Assembly (NCBI GenBank): GCA_965226885.1
Contig: CBDDEL010000013.1
Span: forward strand, 98,480 to 162,479
Direction: 5' to 3'
Source: Opitutales bacterium
GTDB taxonomy: Bacteria; Verrucomicrobiota; Verrucomicrobiia; Opitutales; UBA2987
DNA length: 64,000 nt
The notes beneath the pieces are model-generated. The model was not told where the DNA came from, did not search any database, and saw only the letters and a list, made by a program, of their open reading frames with translations. How positions within the stretch are numbered: the first letter of the stretch is position 1; each line of letters begins with the position of its first letter. Position numbers and translations under genes: made by a program. Shown here piece by piece: positions 61,475-64,000 of the stretch.

Positions 61475-61620
61475 GAGGCTGTCCCAAAAATATAAAGATT
61501 TTATAGTCAACTGGATGACGTTGGATGACGTTGATAAAAAGAGCCGGAAAGAGCAAGTTTTTGCTCGATCCGGCCAAAAAAGGGTTCTATAATTGAGTTA
61601 GCGAAAATCAATATAGCTAG

Positions 61621-63188
61621 CCCGGATATTTCGTAAAAAAAGTATCGTTGATATGCTTAACTGCTGATATACAGCAGGATAGATCAATAATTAAAGCAAT
61701 ATCAGCGATGACAAAGGGTAAACAATTAAAGCTACAGTTGACAAGGGTAAAAGGCCGCCGTGTGCGGGTTGATTTCAAGGGCGGAGAGGTTACTTCGGAT
61801 GCCGGACTGCTTTTGATCCGGGAAGTGGATCGGCAGTTGGGCTTGACCGAACGAGCGGCCCGACAGTTAGTGGACAGACGGCAGAAGGGCAAAGTACGCC
61901 ATGAGGTATTGGGGATGCTGCGGCAGCGCGTTTACGGGCTGGTGGCGGGCTATGAGGATTTGAACGACTTTGATACCCTGCGCCACGATCCATTGTTAGC
62001 AAACGGTAACGGGGCGCATTGAAACGTTGGCCAGCGCGCCGACTTTGTGTCGTTTTGAAAACGGGCAGGATCGGCGGGCGGCCTTTGCGGTAAACGAGCT
62101 GTTGGTCGAACAGTTCATGGGCTCCTTTGCCGAGGAACCCGAAGAGATCATCCTGGACTTTGACGCCACCGACAATCCGGTGCACGGGCTCCAGGAGGGA
62201 CGTTTTTTCCACGGTTATTATGATCATTACTGTTTTCTGCCGCTATATGTTTTTTGCGGTGATCAGCTGCTGGTGGCCTACCTGCGGCCGAGCAAGATCG
62301 ATGCCAGCAAGCATGCCGGGGCCATCCTCAAATTGCTGGTTAAACGGATTCGCCAAAGCTGGCCCCGTACGCGGATTATTTGGCGCGCCGACAGTGGATT
62401 TTGTCGAGACCGGATACTCTCTTGGTGCGACCGCAACGAAGTTAGTTACATCGTGGGGATGGCTCGCAATGCACGCTTGCAGCAAGACGCCCAGCAGTTG
62501 CAAAAGCAGGCCAAAGAATGGTTCGAACTAAGGGGTAAAAAACAACGGTTATTCCAGGACTTCGTCTATGCTGCCGATTCGTGGCGATGGCTGCGGTTGG
62601 TCATCCATAAAGCCGAACACACCGCACAGGGGTCCAACCCGCGCTTCGTGGTGACGAACCTGCCGGGCGATCCCCAGGAGCTTTACGACAAGGTATACTG
62701 TGGCCGCGGTGAAATGGAGAACCGAATCAAGGAACAGATGCAATTGTTCAGCGAGCGCACCAGCGCCCATCAATGGTGGGCCAATCAGTGGCGATTGCTC
62801 TTGTCGGCGCTGGCCTACACCTTGATGGAAGCCATGCGCCGGTTAGCCTTAAAAGGGACGAAGTGGGCGCGGGCCCAATGCCACACCCTGCGGCTCAAAT
62901 TAATCAAGATCGGAGCGGTCATCGTGCGCAACACCCGAACGATTCACTTTCACCTAAGTGAGAGTTATCCTTGGGCCAGTCTTTTCAACCATGCGGCCCG
63001 CCGATTGGTGCCAACCTAAAGGGTGCATTGGTGCTGCCCCCGGCACTACCGAACCAATGGGGGAAAGGGGGCAGTGTCTCTACACCCTGAAAAACACCTA
63101 AAAATCAAGACGATCTGCTCAAAATACAAAGAAATCCATCTCCAATAGCAATAACGAGCCAAACTTTACCCTTCATGAAATATCCGGG
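61621..63188 (+). mobile_element. IS1380-family element copy B, 1568 bp
   Basis: Inverted repeats CCCGGATATTTC / GAAATATCCGGG flanked by CTAG at 61617-61620 and 63189-63192. Confidence 0.9.
61708..63019 (+). pseudogene. IS1380-family transposase with a +1 frameshift near 61998
   Basis: DFKGGEVTSDAGLLL, LDFDATD..HG.QEG, RADSGF, RGEMENRIKE; removing one base restores DPLLQTVTGRIETLASAPTL. Confidence 0.85.
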
Positions 63189-63200
63189 CTAGCCCTTTCT

Positions 63201-64000
63201 ATGAAAAATATAGCCATCCAATGCCTCCTGCGTCCAGCTTTAACTGTGGTCGACCGGTGCCTCGATTACGATAACTTCCGCGCCACCATTGATCGAATCG
63301 ATCGGCTGCTGATCGACTCGGAGGTGGAATCGCAGGCCATTGAGCTGGCCTTGGAGGGGTGGCCGCCAATGGGTCTAAAGGCCCGGCGGCAGCGGGCCAG
63401 TTTTGCCATCAAGGCACTGCGCATGGATACGCTGGGCCGTCTGCTCGGAGGGATTTCGTTTCGGCATTTGTCGCGGGCTCTGGGCAGCAGCGATCTGTTG
63501 GCCGACTTTTGCCGTGTCCGGCAGATCGATGGCATCAGGGGCATCTCCAAAAGCACCCTGGAGCGGGCCTCGAAGTTTTTCAGCGAAGAGCAGTTGAGGG
63601 CCTTGCACCGGACCTTGACTGAGGTGGTGGGCGATGCCCTTCTGGCCCGGCAGGTGGGATTGGACAAGCCGATTGACACCACCATTTGCCTGATCGACGG
63701 CACCTGTTTGGAGGCTAACATTCATTGGCCGACGGACTGGGTATTACTCAAGGATGTAGCCGGCACGTTGCTCAAAGCGATCCGGCTGATCCGCGAGAAG
63801 GCCGGTGTGCGCCATCGCATGCCGATCGAACCGGAGCCCTTGGCTCGGCAGATGAATCGGCTGTGCATACAGATGACCCACAGCCGGCGGCGAAAGGACA
63901 GCGCGCGGCAGCGCAAGGGTATCTTGAGGCAGATGAAAAAGCTGCTCAAACGGATCGGGGAGCATGCCCGCAGTCACCGGGAATTATTGCAAGCCTGCTG
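63201..64000 (+). CDS. IS5-family transposase copy B, 5' part (truncated by window end)
   Basis: ATG AAA AAT ATA GCC... matches the start of copy A. Confidence 0.88.
   Translation, partial: MKNIAIQCLLRPALTVVDRCLDYDNFRATIDRIDRLLIDSEVESQAIELALEGWPPMGLKARRQRASFAIKALRMDTLGRLLGGISFRHLSRALGSSDLLADFCRVRQIDGIRGISKSTLERASKFFSEEQLRALHRTLTEVVGDALLARQVGLDKPIDTTICLIDGTCLEANIHWPTDWVLLKDVAGTLLKAIRLIREKAGVRHRMPIEPEPLARQMNRLCIQMTHSRRRKDSARQRKGILRQMKKLLKRIGEHARSHRELLQAC

Larger units (their letters stand above)
61475..64000 (+). mobile_element. IS5-family element copy B (runs off the window), itself interrupted by IS1380 copy B
   Basis: Starts GAGGCTGTCCCAAAAATATAAAG as in copy A's upstream end; sequence resumes at 63189. 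Confidence 0.88.

Noticed and set aside
63025-63080. GC-rich hairpin after the IS1380 transposase (mirrored near 60840-60890) as a separate repeat family
   Set aside because: It is internal to both IS1380 copies, so it is part of the element.

Overview
A 64-kb bacterial chromosome segment, most likely Verrucomicrobiota (Opitutae-like); this is inferred from the dcw gene order with a LysM gene and a MurC-MurB fusion, not from a database search. From 1-29 kb it holds mixed accessory and housekeeping genes: a sugar-catabolism operon whose GH88-like gene is split by an IS1, an alpha-oxoamine synthase, a purine-salvage-like locus (SDR, adenine deaminase, TonB-dependent receptor, permease), a P450, an IS630-like element and sufSU. 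From 29-34.5 kb is a decayed tRNA-His-anchored integrative element (integrase, excisionase, pth remnant, IS5). From 34.5-40.4 kb are housekeeping genes, and 40.5-59.9 kb is a complete dcw cluster (mraZ to ftsZ). From 60.3-64 kb a hidden methyltransferase pseudogene is followed by nested IS1380>IS5>IS1380 elements. The most striking unexplained signal is at least 12 perfect tandem duplications of 9-25 bp with almost no junction microhomology. They fall in intergenic DNA, mobile elements and non-essential genes, several inactivate genes, and I saw none inside the dcw coding sequences. FtsZ also lacks the second catalytic Asp of its T7 loop.
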